DNA of 64,000 bases from Aquificales bacterium (GTDB taxonomy: Bacteria > Aquificota > Aquificia > Aquificales > QOAS01), in the NCBI GenBank assembly GCA_027036735.1, contig JALWDU010000094.1, positions 2,326 to 66,325 on the forward strand. Direction: 5' to 3'. The position numbers and the translations under genes are program-made. Positions within the stretch are counted from its first letter, which is position 1; each line of letters opens with the position of its first letter. Positions 1 through 12,589 of this stretch are shown piece after piece. Under the pieces are notes generated by a model. The model made no database searches, had not been told where the DNA came from, and saw only the letters and a list, made by a program, of their open reading frames with translations.

Positions 1-702
1 GCGAGGCACGGCAAGGGGCACGCCTTCCCACCCCACCGCGTCCCCTACAGGGCAAACCTGTGGGCTCTTAAAGAACTGGGCGTTAAATACGTTCTCGGAA
101 TAAACGCCGTCGGCGGAATAAACGGACTCCTCCGCCCGGGGGACTTCGTAATAGTAGACCAATTTTTGGACTTCACAAAGTCGAGACCCCAATCCTTCTA
201 CGAGGGTAGGTTTTCTCCCGACTACACCTATGAAGGGAATGAAAAGCACAAACGCCTCTTGGCGGAAAAGAGGGTCGTCCACATCGACGTGAGCGAACCC
301 TTCTGCCCCACCCTTAGGGGGATTTTGAGGGAAGTCCTCACCGGGAAGGGGGTTAGATTTTTCGATAGGGGAACCTATGTAGCTACCGAGGGTCCCCGCT
401 TGGAGACCGCGGCGGAGATAAGAGCTTTCGCCCTCCTCGGGGGCGACGTGGTGGGGATGACCACGGTTCCCGAGGTGGTTCTCGCGAGGGAACTTGAGCT
501 CCACTATGCGGGTCTCTGCGTTGTAACCAATCCCGCCGCGGGAATAGCGGGCTACCGACTCACATCGGAAGAGGTTGTGGAGATGATGAAACAAAAGGAG
601 GAGGAGATAAAGGACATACTCCTATCGGCGGTCGAAAAGGTTTACAAAACCGCCGAGTGGAATTGCGAGTGCGAAAATACCCTCGAGGGTGCGGAGATTT
701 GA
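1..702 (+). CDS. mtnP: S-methyl-5'-thioadenosine phosphorylase / purine nucleoside phosphorylase family (5' end outside window)
   Basis: Frame 1 is open from base 1 (ARHGKGHAFPPHRVPYRANLWALKELGVKYVLGINAVGG...). MTAP/PNP-like motifs GMTTVPE and LCVVTNPAAG are present. The listed TTG start at 166 is internal. Confidence 0.85.
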   Translation, partial: ARHGKGHAFPPHRVPYRANLWALKELGVKYVLGINAVGGINGLLRPGDFVIVDQFLDFTKSRPQSFYEGRFSPDYTYEGNEKHKRLLAEKRVVHIDVSEPFCPTLRGILREVLTGKGVRFFDRGTYVATEGPRLETAAEIRAFALLGGDVVGMTTVPEVVLARELELHYAGLCVVTNPAAGIAGYRLTSEEVVEMMKQKEEEIKDILLSAVEKVYKTAEWNCECENTLEGAEI

Positions 703-743
703 AGGAAATCCCGCCGGGGTCTTCTCCTTAAACTTTCCCTCTT

Positions 744-1103
744 ATGGGAAAAAAGGCAAAGAAACTTATAGCGGACTTCTTTATGCTTATGGCGCTAACC
801 ACCTCGGTTAGCTATATAGCCCATCCGAGCATTTACGAGCTTATCACCGCGGTAACGCTAAACCTCGTGGCGACCATTCTAAAGATAGGCACGAGGGGGC
901 TGTTAAACATCGAATATCTCGCGACGAGTATAGTCGCAGACATTCACCTCATTCCAGCCCTAATAATTAGTAGCGCCGGCGACCTACCCGAGGCGGTATC
1001 CCTCGTTTGGGGTGCGGTCGTCGCCAACATTATTTCGATAGTGATAATGCTCATCGAGGCTATCCTCGGCAGTCTCGCCGAGGAGGAAGAGGAGGAGTTT
1101 TAA
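744..1103 (+). CDS. small hypothetical membrane protein with poly-Glu C-terminus
   Basis: 119-aa ORF with about 3 hydrophobic segments, ending EEEEEEF. No family recognised. Confidence 0.5.
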   Translation: MGKKAKKLIADFFMLMALTTSVSYIAHPSIYELITAVTLNLVATILKIGTRGLLNIEYLATSIVADIHLIPALIISSAGDLPEAVSLVWGAVVANIISIVIMLIEAILGSLAEEEEEEF

Positions 1104-1216
1104 CCCCCTCTCCCCTCTCATACCCTTTCCAACCGTCGTCATTAATTTTTTCTAAAGGTGACTATTTAATCCCTTAAAGGGATTTTGCAAATAATTCCCA
1201 AAAAGGAGGGAAAGCT

Positions 1217-2020
1217 ATGAAAAAACTGCTGTCGGCGCTTCTAATAGGTGGCGCAACCTTCGCCTGCGGTGTTGCGGCACCCGATACCGCCACCGCCGCA
1301 CCCGTTCAACCCGCCAACGTTCAAAACGTTTTCGTTCCCAAAATAGGCGAGAAATTCCCCCGTATGGTCGTCCAGACCACCCACGGAAAAATCGTTCTGC
1401 CCGACTACTACGTGGAACAGGGTAAGTGGTTCGTTCTCTTCTCCCACCCGGCGGACTTTACCCCCGTATGCACCACCGAGTTTGTCAGCTTTCAAAAGCA
1501 CTACAAGGACTTTAAGGCTCTAAACACCGAACTCATAGGTCTATCGGAAGACCAAGTTTGGTCCCACATGAAGTGGGTAGAGTGGATTAAAGACCACTTC
1601 GGGGTGAAGATAGAGTTTCCCATTATCGCCGACGTGGGCGGTAAGGTCGCCAAAACCCTCAACATGCTCCCCAAAAACGGCGTCGATACCGTTAGGGCTG
1701 TCTTCGTGGTGGACAACAGGGGTATCATCAGGGCGATACTCTACTATCCCCTATCCAACGGTAGGAACATACCCGAAATCGTCCGTCTGGTTAAGGCTCT
1801 TCAAACTACCGACGAATACCACGTGGCTACCCCCGCAAACTGGTATGCCGACAAGATTAAGTGGACCGGTCCCGAGGTGTTTAACGGCAAGGACTACGTG
1901 ATTATTCCTCCCCCCACCAGCGAGGAGCAGGCTAAACAGAGACTCGAAGCCGCCAAACAGGGTCTTTGGAAGTGTGCCGATTGGTGGTTCTGCTACAAAT
2001 CCCTACCCGAAGGTTTCTAA
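1217..2020 (+). CDS. peroxiredoxin (1-Cys/Prx6-like) with N-terminal signal peptide
   Basis: Peroxidatic motif [18 protein letters not shown]. Hydrophobic N-terminus [30 protein letters not shown] upstream at about 1205. Confidence 0.85.
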   Translation: MKKLLSALLIGGATFACGVAAPDTATAAPVQPANVQNVFVPKIGEKFPRMVVQTTHGKIVLPDYYVEQGKWFVLFSHPADFTPVCTTEFVSFQKHYKDFKALNTELIGLSEDQVWSHMKWVEWIKDHFGVKIEFPIIADVGGKVAKTLNMLPKNGVDTVRAVFVVDNRGIIRAILYYPLSNGRNIPEIVRLVKALQTTDEYHVATPANWYADKIKWTGPEVFNGKDYVIIPPPTSEEQAKQRLEAAKQGLWKCADWWFCYKSLPEGF

Positions 2021-2118
2021 AAATATTCCTTTTCCTTTTGGGTTTTACTTTTTTTGTCCCAAAGGCGGGAACGCAAAACATTTTCTCCCCCCGGTGGAGG
2101 AATATCTTTTAACCCCTT

Positions 2119-3093
2119 ATGGAGGTTGCACTTTTTTTCGCATCCTTTGTTGGGATACTTCTGGCGGCGGAACTCTTCACAAATGCCGTTGAGGATATCG
2201 GAGACCGCCTAAACCTATCCCACGGTGTGGTGGGTAGCCTCTTGGCGGCTGTGGGAACCGCTTTGCCCGAGACACTCGTGCCCGTAGTCGCCTTGCTCTT
2301 TGGCAACCACCACGCCAAGGAGGAGATAGCCAACGGTGCGATAGTGGGCGCACCCTTTATGTTAGCCACCTTGGGATTTTTCGTAATAGGGTTAGCCGCC
2401 GCCCTGCGGCGGGATAGAGTTATAGAAACCGACACCTACCTAATAAAGAGGGATTTGACCTTTTTCACCCTGCTGTTTCCCCCCGCCATACTGCTCGCCC
2501 TCATTCCCGGCGCGCACTGGTTGAAGCTCCTGGTCGGTATATTGCTGCTAATAGGATACCTTTACTACGTCTATCACGTCTTTAGGGAAGGCGGCGAAGA
2601 GGTCGAAGCCGACGAGGGACTGCACTTTTCCAAATACCTAAAAATGCCGGAGCACCTCGCCACCTCGGTAATTCAGCTTATCTCCTCCCTCCTCGTTCTG
2701 CTCGTCTCGGTGGAAGTTTTCGTCCACAGCCTCGAAATTCTGTCGGCGTCTATGGGTATAGCCCCCCTGGTGTTCTCGTTGCTGGTCTCGCCGGTGGCTA
2801 CCGAGCTACCCGAGAAGTTCAACAGCTTCTTTTGGAGTCTGAAGGGAAAATACGAACTCGCCTTCGGAAACATCACCGGTGCCATGGTCTTTCAATCGGC
2901 TATCCCCGTTTCGATAGGTTTGATGTTTACCGATTGGGACATAGGTAGGAACGGGATAATAGCCGGATTTATAGCCCTTTTGGGGGCGCTCTTTATACTC
3001 TACCAAATAAGGTTTAAGGGAAAGGTTTTCGGTTACCTCCTGTTGGTAAACGGATTTCTTTACCTTCTCTACGCGGTACTGGTGCTTTCCTAA
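2119..3093 (+). CDS. Ca2+/cation antiporter (CaCA, YrbG-like) membrane protein
   Basis: Polytopic membrane ORF with two alpha-repeat-like motifs, GTALPETLV and VATELPEKF. Confidence 0.75.
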   Translation: MEVALFFASFVGILLAAELFTNAVEDIGDRLNLSHGVVGSLLAAVGTALPETLVPVVALLFGNHHAKEEIANGAIVGAPFMLATLGFFVIGLAAALRRDRVIETDTYLIKRDLTFFTLLFPPAILLALIPGAHWLKLLVGILLLIGYLYYVYHVFREGGEEVEADEGLHFSKYLKMPEHLATSVIQLISSLLVLLVSVEVFVHSLEILSASMGIAPLVFSLLVSPVATELPEKFNSFFWSLKGKYELAFGNITGAMVFQSAIPVSIGLMFTDWDIGRNGIIAGFIALLGALFILYQIRFKGKVFGYLLLVNGFLYLLYAVLVLS

Positions 3094-3161
3094 ACCTCCC
3101 CTTAAAGGACTTCTCCATCTTTTATTAACCCCTTTTTGGGGAAAACTAAACTATTTCCTTT

Positions 3162-4598
3162 ATGTCTAAGGAAAATTGGGAAGCCGTTATCGGTTTGGAA
3201 ATACACGTCCAGATGAAGACCAAAACCAAAATGTTCTGCTCCTGCCCGGTGGAGTTCGGGGCGGAACCGAACACCAACGTTTGTCCCGTCTGCCTCGGTA
3301 TGCCGGGGGCTCTGCCGGTGATAAACAAAAAGGCTGTCGAATACGGAATAAGGGCTTCCCTCGCCCTCAACTGCGACGTTCACAACTATTCGGTCTTTGC
3401 GAGGAAGCACTACTTTTATCCCGACCTCCCGAAGGGCTATCAAATTTCCCAATACGAGTTGCCCCTCGCCACCAACGGGTATCTGGACGTGGAGCTCGAA
3501 GACGGCACCGCAAAGAGGGTTAGAATTAGAAGACTCCACCTCGAGGAGGACGCCGGTAAGAATATCCACGAGGGGAAAAAGACCTACGTTGACCTAAACA
3601 GGGCTGGAACCCCCCTGATGGAGATAGTCACCGAACCGGATATAAACTCCCCGGAGGAGGCTAGGGTATTCCTCGAGACCTTGAGGAATGTAATGCGCTA
3701 CATAGGGGTCTCCGACGCCGATATGGAAAAGGGACAGCTCCGCTGCGATATAAACGTCTCGATTCGTCCCAAGGGCAGCAAAGAGTTCGGCACGAGGGTG
3801 GAGATTAAAAACGTAAACTCCTTTAGGTTCGTTCAGAAAGCCCTCGAATACGAGATAGAGCGGCAGATAAGGGTAAAGGAGAAGGGCGGCGAGATAGTTC
3901 AGGAGACCCGCACCTTCGACCCCTCGACCGGAAAGACCTACACCATGAGGACTAAGGAGGAAGCCGAGGACTACCGCTACTTCCCCGACCCCGACCTTTT
4001 GCCGCTGAAGGTGAGCGACGAGGAGATAAACCGCATAAGGGAAACTATGCCCGAACTCCCCCACCAGAGGTTGGAAAGGTATCTCTCCCTCGGATTGGAC
4101 AAGAAAGTTGCCAAACCCCTCGTGGACCACAAAGAGTATGGCGACTACTTTGAGGAGGTTTTAAAGCTCCACAACGACCCCAAAGCGGTTGCCAATTGGC
4201 TTTTGAACGACCTCCTCGGGAACTTAAGAGACTTCGAAATCCCTTGGGAGGAAAATCCCATAACTCCGGAAAAGCTCGCCGAACTTCTGAAGTTAATAAA
4301 AGACGGCACCATTTCGGTGAAAATCGCAAAGCAACTTCTCAAGGAGATGATACAGACCGGAAAGAGCGCCGCTCAGCTGGTGGAGGAAAAGGGTCTAAAG
4401 CAGATAACCGACGAGGGTGCCATAAAACAGGTTGTGGAAGAAGTCTTGAGGGAAAACCCCGACGCGGTGGAGAAATACAAAGCCGGACAGACGAAGGTTA
4501 TCGGTTTCCTCGTGGGACAGGTGATGAGGAAGACAAAGGGAAAGGCAAACCCCCAACTGGTGAACAAACTTCTAAGGGAACTCCTCGAGGGTGCCTAA
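3162..4598 (+). CDS. gatB: Asp/Glu-tRNA(Asn/Gln) amidotransferase subunit B
   Basis: 478 aa. N-terminus [13 protein letters not shown]...KMFCSCP...[11 protein letters not shown] and the C-terminal YqeY-like tail are typical of GatB. Confidence 0.95.
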   Translation: MSKENWEAVIGLEIHVQMKTKTKMFCSCPVEFGAEPNTNVCPVCLGMPGALPVINKKAVEYGIRASLALNCDVHNYSVFARKHYFYPDLPKGYQISQYELPLATNGYLDVELEDGTAKRVRIRRLHLEEDAGKNIHEGKKTYVDLNRAGTPLMEIVTEPDINSPEEARVFLETLRNVMRYIGVSDADMEKGQLRCDINVSIRPKGSKEFGTRVEIKNVNSFRFVQKALEYEIERQIRVKEKGGEIVQETRTFDPSTGKTYTMRTKEEAEDYRYFPDPDLLPLKVSDEEINRIRETMPELPHQRLERYLSLGLDKKVAKPLVDHKEYGDYFEEVLKLHNDPKAVANWLLNDLLGNLRDFEIPWEENPITPEKLAELLKLIKDGTISVKIAKQLLKEMIQTGKSAAQLVEEKGLKQITDEGAIKQVVEEVLRENPDAVEKYKAGQTKVIGFLVGQVMRKTKGKANPQLVNKLLRELLEGA

Positions 4599-4718
4599 TT
4601 TCCCCCTTCCCTTTTGGGGTTTTCAAAATTGTAATTCCCCAAAGGGGTCTTAACTTGACTTTACCCACCCGTTGTAAGATAATTCCCTCTCATCAAAATT
4701 TAAGGAGGAGGTAGAGCC

Positions 4719-4937
4719 ATGGGTTGCGTAAAAGTTCACATTGACAAAGACCTCTGCACCGCTTGTTCTCTCTGCTACGAAAGACTTCCCGAAGTTTTCC
4801 AAGACGAGGGTGACGGTATCGCTACCGTTGGCGAAAACAACGAAGGTTGCTTCTGCGAAAACGTAGATGAAATTAAAGAAATCGCCGACGAGTGCCCCGC
4901 ATCCTGCATCATCGTAGAAGATGTAGACGGCTGCTAA
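4719..4937 (+). CDS. small single-cluster [4Fe-4S]/[3Fe-4S] ferredoxin
   Basis: 72 aa. Cluster ligands CTACSLC ... CPASC. GGAGG RBS upstream. Confidence 0.75.
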   Translation: MGCVKVHIDKDLCTACSLCYERLPEVFQDEGDGIATVGENNEGCFCENVDEIKEIADECPASCIIVEDVDGC

Positions 4938-5003
4938 TAATTCCGTCCAAATATTTCCTTCTATCCCCCTTTCGCTTCCCCCTTTGGGGGACAATGGTTC
5001 TAT

Positions 5004-5840
5004 ATGAACCCCCTCCTGGTGGACGAACTCTTAAAAAATTACCTCAACGAGGATATAGGAAGGGCTGACCTATCGGCGGAGGGAGTATTTCGCGGCGAGC
5101 GGGTCAAAGCCATTATAAAGGCTAAAGAGGACGGAATTCTCGCCGGTCTCCCCTTTGCGGTCAGGGTTTTTAAGCTCCTCGACGGGTCTTTAAGGTTTTC
5201 CTCACCTCTGAGGGAGGGAATGGAATTTAAAAAGGGCGATATCCTCCTCGAGGTGGAGGGAAATGCAAAGGCTATCCTCATGGGGGAGAGGGTTGCCCTC
5301 AATATCCTCCAAAGGCTCAGCGGAATAGCCACAAAAACCCGCAAAATGGTCGAAAAAATAAGAGACCTACCCGTGAGGTTGTTGGATACGAGGAAGACCA
5401 CACCGGGGTTTAGGCTTTTCGAAAAATACGCCGTCAAGGTGGGAGGGGGAGAAAACCACCGCTTCGCCCTCTACGACATGGTGATGATAAAGGATAACCA
5501 CATCAAGGTCGCCGGCGGGGTGGAGGAGGCGGTAAGGCGCGTAAGGGAACTAATCCCCCCCGTCTATAAAGTCGAGGTGGAGGTTTCGAATTTCGAGGAG
5601 CTTTTAAAGGTCTTACGTTTGCCGGTCGATATCGTGATGCTCGACAACTTTTCGGTGGAAGAGGCAAGGGAGGCGATAAGGATAATCCGCGAAGCGGGAA
5701 AACCCTTTGAAATCGAGATATCGGGAGGTATAAGGGAGGACAACATAAGGGAGTATGCCCTAACGGGGGTCGATTACATTTCGAGCGGTTCGGTTATACA
5801 CTCCGCCCGTTGGCTCGACCTCTCCATGAAGGTGGTTTGA
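5004..5840 (+). CDS. nadC: nicotinate-nucleotide pyrophosphorylase (quinolinate phosphoribosyltransferase)
   Basis: 278 aa. ERVALNILQRLSGIAT, LDTRKTTPG and MIKDNH motifs. Confidence 0.9.
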   Translation: MNPLLVDELLKNYLNEDIGRADLSAEGVFRGERVKAIIKAKEDGILAGLPFAVRVFKLLDGSLRFSSPLREGMEFKKGDILLEVEGNAKAILMGERVALNILQRLSGIATKTRKMVEKIRDLPVRLLDTRKTTPGFRLFEKYAVKVGGGENHRFALYDMVMIKDNHIKVAGGVEEAVRRVRELIPPVYKVEVEVSNFEELLKVLRLPVDIVMLDNFSVEEAREAIRIIREAGKPFEIEISGGIREDNIREYALTGVDYISSGSVIHSARWLDLSMKVV

Positions 5841-6007
5841 TAGAAACCCGATTTAATTCCAACCCTTTTGAGGTTTTTCCGCTTTCAACAGTTCCTTTTA
5901 ACGGAGAGTTGATTATTTGACCTTACTCCGAAGGTGGTTTTAAACCTTTAACCCGAGACCTTTGAAGGGATTGATTTCTTAATAAACCGATTGAAGGAGA
6001 AAAAAAT

Positions 6008-6430
6008 TTAAAGACCCTCAAAGAGGAATTTCCGCAAAATCTCCGCGTGGTCGAATACCAATCTATTCCAAGGGATATCTTCGAGTTTAAAGACTTTTAC
6101 CTCCTTCGCGTCGGAGGAGGCTTTCGGTTCGCCGACGGCGTGACCGACAAAGACCACCGAAACCACGTGAAAGCGCGGGTCTCTGTCGGGGTTGGAGAAG
6201 ACCCCCAATATCCTTTCCGGTTTGAAGTCGAGATTAACCTCCTCCCTTATCTCGCGTACGACGGCGCTTTCCACCGTTTCGCCCACCTCGACAAATCCGC
6301 CGGGAAGAGCCAACCCCTTCGGGGGATTTTTTCTCTCTATGAGGACTATACCCCTAAAGTTCCCATCGGGGTCGAAGAGTTTTACAATTCCGTCCACCGC
6401 GAGGAAAGGCGTCTTAGGTTGCCACCCCAT
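6008..6430 (-). CDS. NUDIX hydrolase
   Basis: Nudix box GGFVEVGETVESAVVREIREEVNL. Confidence 0.8.
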   Translation of the reverse strand: MGWQPKTPFLAVDGIVKLFDPDGNFRGIVLIERKNPPKGLALPGGFVEVGETVESAVVREIREEVNLDFKPERILGVFSNPDRDPRFHVVSVVFVGHAVGEPKASSDAKEVKVFKLEDIPWNRLVFDHAEILRKFLFEGL

Positions 6431-6440
6431 AGGGGTTTAA

Positions 6441-8798
<2,358 letters not shown>

Positions 8799-8839
8799 AC
8801 CTTTAGGAGAAACCTTTTCCCCTTTCCTCCGTTTGGAAT

Positions 8840-9595
8840 TTAAACCGCCACAATCTCGTGACACCTTCCGAGTTTTTTAACCTTTTTGAGGGCTTTATCG
8901 ACAAACTTTTCCCCCTCGAGGAAGGCTTTTTTTAAGTCCCCGTGGAGGAGGAGGTTTGAGGCTACCGCGGAGGAGAGGAGGCAACCGGTTCCCCTCGGGT
9001 GGACATTTAACCTCTTCCTCCTATAGGTGAGGGTTTCCCCATCCTCCGTTAGGAGGTAATCCACCACCTCGTCGGGGTCTTTTGAGTGTCCCCCCTTTAG
9101 GAGGACATTTTTAAAACCCCTCTCCCCGAGGAGTTGGAGGAGTTTTAAAGGGTCTTCCTCCGCGGTGTCGGTCAAAATTTTTGCCTCCACCAGGTTTGGG
9201 GTTATCAAAAAGATTTCCCCCGCGAGGAGTTTGTAGATTTCGGTGTCGTCCACCAAAGGGGTGCCGTTTTTCGAAAACATTACGGGGTCAACGATAAAGG
9301 GGTCACCCCTAAAGGTTTCGAGAGCCCTTTTTAAAAATACCCCTTTGGCGAGCATCCCAACCTTTACAACCCCTATTTGGAAATCCTCCTTTAATGTCTC
9401 CAGTTGGAGGGCGAAGAGTTCTTCATCGGTAGGTTGCCACCCCTTAGCCCCGCAACTGTTTTGAACCGTGTTAGCCGTTATTACCCCACAGGTGTGAATT
9501 CCAAACTTGAAAAACACCTTCGTGTCCAGTAAGATACCCGCACCCCCCGAGGGGTCGAGACCGGCTATTATCAATCCCACCTTTTGAAGGGGCAT
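8840..9595 (-). CDS. thiD: hydroxymethylpyrimidine/phosphomethylpyrimidine kinase
   Basis: 251 aa. IAGLDPSGGAGI N-terminus and GTGCLLSSA C-terminal motif. Confidence 0.85.
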   Translation of the reverse strand: MPLQKVGLIIAGLDPSGGAGILLDTKVFFKFGIHTCGVITANTVQNSCGAKGWQPTDEELFALQLETLKEDFQIGVVKVGMLAKGVFLKRALETFRGDPFIVDPVMFSKNGTPLVDDTEIYKLLAGEIFLITPNLVEAKILTDTAEEDPLKLLQLLGERGFKNVLLKGGHSKDPDEVVDYLLTEDGETLTYRRKRLNVHPRGTGCLLSSAVASNLLLHGDLKKAFLEGEKFVDKALKKVKKLGRCHEIVAV

Positions 9596-9631
9596 TTTTA
9601 GACCTATTGAGTTGAGAATAGTATCATTTCA

Positions 9632-11308
9632 TTGATAATGAGTATCAACTTTTGGCATATGCAGTTGCACCCTGGCGATGAACCGGAAGCTTATCCTCCC
9701 GAGAAAATCAAGGAAATTTTGAAAAACTACGGCGTTATCGGTTTTGATATCTGGGAAGAACCCCTTAAGGAGGCAGGTTTGGATTATCTAATAGATAAAC
9801 CCTTTACGGAATGGAGTGAAAAAGAACTTAGCAAAGCTGTGGAAGCTGCTAAAAATAAAGGAACAATAAGTACTTTTAGCATTATCCATCCCTTTGTTAA
9901 TGAGATGAAACCGGGGGATATAGTTCTCGTTAGAAGGGGAAATACTCCTATAGCACTAGTAGAGGTTAAAAGTGATTACTTTATGGATAACTCTAAGGGT
10001 GAAGATGAAGAGCCGTGGTTTAGGCACCGCCGAAAGGTCAAAATTTTGGGATTTTTTGATGAGGATAAAAATAGATTAGCTTTATCTTTTAATGAATTCC
10101 CTCAAGCAAGGGGAACTCTGCAGAGGTTAACAAATTCCGAAACTCGTTCCTATAAGTTTATTAAAGAGTGGTTTAGAAAACTAATTATGGAACACTATAG
10201 ACAACAAATAAAAAAAGCTTTAGAACACCAGAAACAGGTAATATTACAGGGACCGCCTGGTAGTGGAAAAACTTTTTTGGCTAAGCAGATAAGTGAGGAA
10301 ATACTTATAAACCCTATCCCTACTAAAGTTTGGAATAGCTTTCTTAGATATATTAATGGTAAAAAGCTGAAAACAAAACAAGAAGCAGAATTTGAAGTTC
10401 AGATTACCGATAGAAATTCAATAAAAGCCGTAAACAAATCCATAACTATAACTGAGGAGAGTTTTCAAAAGTTTCTAAACAAATGTTATCAAGATATTGA
10501 AAATTGTTCTTTAGAGCCTGGGGAATCTTATCACTGGAGTGTAGCTAAGGAATTTATAAAGTGGTTTAGGGAAAATTACTTTAATAAGCTAGTAAAATTA
10601 ATCCAATTCCATCCTTCCTATACCTATGAAGACTTTGTTAGAGGAATACAAATAGACATAGAAAACGGTCATCCAAAATATAAAGCGGTAAATAAAATAT
10701 TTGCAGAGCTTTGCGAGGAAGCTTTAAAAAATCCCGAATTGAAATATATTCTCATTATCGACGAAATAAACAGAGCGAATCTTCCTGTAGTGTTGGGAGA
10801 GCTTATATATGCCCTGGAATACAGAGGTGAACCGGTTGAAACCCCTTATGAGGTTAACGGAAATAGAACCCTTATAGTTCCCGAGAATCTCTACATTATC
10901 GGGACGATGAATACCGCCGATAGGAGTATAGGACATATAGATTACGCCGTTAGGAGAAGGTTTTTCTTTATCCCCGTATGGGCTAATAAAGAGCTTATAG
11001 AAAACGACAAAGCAAGAGAGCTTTACGAGAAAACTATAGAGGAAATTTTTAAAAAGGATAACCTATCTCCGGAATTTCAGGACAAAGTGGAAGATGTAAA
11101 AATCGGTCATACCTACTTTTTGGGAGATGAAGAAAGAGTTGCCTATAAGTTTGTTTATCAAGTTATACCTCTGTTGGTCGAATATATCCAGGATGGCATC
11201 CTTAAAGGAGAAGAGGTTGTTGATGAAGTTTTTAAAAGTTTTTTTAGGGAGGGTAAAAATTGGAGAACCTTAACGGTGGAGGATGTTCTGAACAAATTAA
11301 AATCTTAG
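9632..11308 (+). CDS. mcrB: McrB-like AAA+ GTPase subunit of a McrBC-type restriction system, atypical N-terminal domain
   Basis: GPPGSGKT; FHPSYTYEDFVRG; IIDEINRAN; IIGTMNTADRS; DYAVRRRF. The ATG at 9638 may be the real start (the listed start is TTG). The segment is AT-rich. Confidence 0.8.
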   Translation: MIMSINFWHMQLHPGDEPEAYPPEKIKEILKNYGVIGFDIWEEPLKEAGLDYLIDKPFTEWSEKELSKAVEAAKNKGTISTFSIIHPFVNEMKPGDIVLVRRGNTPIALVEVKSDYFMDNSKGEDEEPWFRHRRKVKILGFFDEDKNRLALSFNEFPQARGTLQRLTNSETRSYKFIKEWFRKLIMEHYRQQIKKALEHQKQVILQGPPGSGKTFLAKQISEEILINPIPTKVWNSFLRYINGKKLKTKQEAEFEVQITDRNSIKAVNKSITITEESFQKFLNKCYQDIENCSLEPGESYHWSVAKEFIKWFRENYFNKLVKLIQFHPSYTYEDFVRGIQIDIENGHPKYKAVNKIFAELCEEALKNPELKYILIIDEINRANLPVVLGELIYALEYRGEPVETPYEVNGNRTLIVPENLYIIGTMNTADRSIGHIDYAVRRRFFFIPVWANKELIENDKARELYEKTIEEIFKKDNLSPEFQDKVEDVKIGHTYFLGDEERVAYKFVYQVIPLLVEYIQDGILKGEEVVDEVFKSFFREGKNWRTLTVEDVLNKLKS

Positions 11309-12561
11309 AGGGATTAAAGGAAAAACTGATAACCCTTAAAGAACATGAATGCATTGAAATAGATACGCAACAGTTAGATGTTTTGAGAGGTTTAGGAATA
11401 AATTTTAAAGAACCTAATTATGATGAGATAGAAAAGTTTCAATTTTTAGGTCTCTTTTTAAGGTTTGACCCTCCCAATTTTAAACTTTGCGCCCATTACT
11501 TTGTTGGTGCTTCTTGGCTAATAGAGAAGGAAATCCCCATAAGGGTTTACCCAAAGGAAAGAAATAACAAAAAACCGGATTATTTAAAAATCTTCTTAAC
11601 CCTATTGGAGGACGAGGAAATTGTTAAAAGTTCCCACTTTCAAAAGGCGTTTAAGGTTGATATAGAAAAGCCTCCTTTAAGGGTGGAGAAAGAAGACCTG
11701 TCGTTTCTTTATTTGGTGTTTTTAGCGTATTTGACACTATTAAAAGATTTGGTAAGGAAGGGGTTGAAAAAAGGGTTCCTCTGCGAGGAGCAGGTATTAA
11801 ATTCCCGTATAAAGGGCAAGTTAAACATAAAATTGACCAATCAAAGATTTTTTTATAAAGGAAAGTATACACAAACGGTGTGTAAATTTGACACGTTAAC
11901 GAAAGACATCTTGGAAAACCGTATTTTAAAAGCCGCTCTCCTACAAGTGGAAAAATTTTTAAAAAATTCCCCCTTTAAAGGAGGAAAGATCGATTCCCTT
12001 TTGGGTTATTTAAAAAATGCTTTTTTGGGAGTTTCAACAGTCAAAATTTCCGCAAAGGATTTTCTAAAGGTCAAGGAATCTCCGTTCTTTCCCGAATACA
12101 GAAATGCTCTAAGGCTTGCTCAAATAATCCTAAAAAATTTGGGAAGCGACCCTTTTGCAAGTTTTAAAGGGGGAGTGTATATAACCCCCTATGCGGTTAA
12201 TATGCCTAAGCTTTTTGAACTTTACGTTTGGAAGAAACTTAGAGAAGAATATGAACTTTCAAAGATTTTGTATCAACATTCATTTACAGGTGGGGATATT
12301 CCAGATTTTGTAATCAAAGGAGAAAACCTAATATTAGATGCGAAGTATAAGTATTTAGACCCAGGGAAGGTAAGCAAAGAAGATATAGGTCAATTGGCGA
12401 GATATGGAAGAAATATAAATATTAGACGCTCGGTGAGTGGTAACGAAGATAAGGAACCTATGCTGTGTATAGTCTATCCTACTTTCGAAGTAAGTAAAGA
12501 AAAGCCTATAGGAGATGAATATTTCAACTTTTATATGAGAGCCTTACAACTTCCCATTTAG
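11260..12561 (+). CDS. mcrC: McrC-like nuclease subunit
   Basis: Lies immediately downstream of and overlapping the mcrB-like gene. C-terminal PD-(D/E)xK-like core IPDFVI...LILDAKYKYL. The start codon is uncertain. Confidence 0.7.
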   Translation: MENLNGGGCSEQIKILEGLKEKLITLKEHECIEIDTQQLDVLRGLGINFKEPNYDEIEKFQFLGLFLRFDPPNFKLCAHYFVGASWLIEKEIPIRVYPKERNNKKPDYLKIFLTLLEDEEIVKSSHFQKAFKVDIEKPPLRVEKEDLSFLYLVFLAYLTLLKDLVRKGLKKGFLCEEQVLNSRIKGKLNIKLTNQRFFYKGKYTQTVCKFDTLTKDILENRILKAALLQVEKFLKNSPFKGGKIDSLLGYLKNAFLGVSTVKISAKDFLKVKESPFFPEYRNALRLAQIILKNLGSDPFASFKGGVYITPYAVNMPKLFELYVWKKLREEYELSKILYQHSFTGGDIPDFVIKGENLILDAKYKYLDPGKVSKEDIGQLARYGRNINIRRSVSGNEDKEPMLCIVYPTFEVSKEKPIGDEYFNFYMRALQLPI

Positions 12562-12589
12562 CTTTTGAATTCCCTTAATTAGGAAATCC

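Noticed and set aside
3102-3569. Long ORFs antisense to, or out of frame with, clearly assigned genes. Examples: 3102-3569 and 3594-4130 opposite gatB, 7104-7565 and 7569-8075 opposite ligA, 12986-13468 opposite the SBP gene, 48568-49026 and 50764-51141 opposite dnaE, 37979-38458 opposite nrdB.
   Set aside because: They lie entirely inside genes with strong family signatures on the other strand or frame. Their products are low-complexity or Arg/Gly/Pro-rich, and no motif is recognisable. These are typical shadow ORFs.
4196-4714. 172-aa ORF in an alternative frame of the gatB 3' end, running into the ferredoxin upstream region.
   Set aside because: The R/G/K-rich translation has no motif, and it overlaps the well-supported GatB C-terminal domain.
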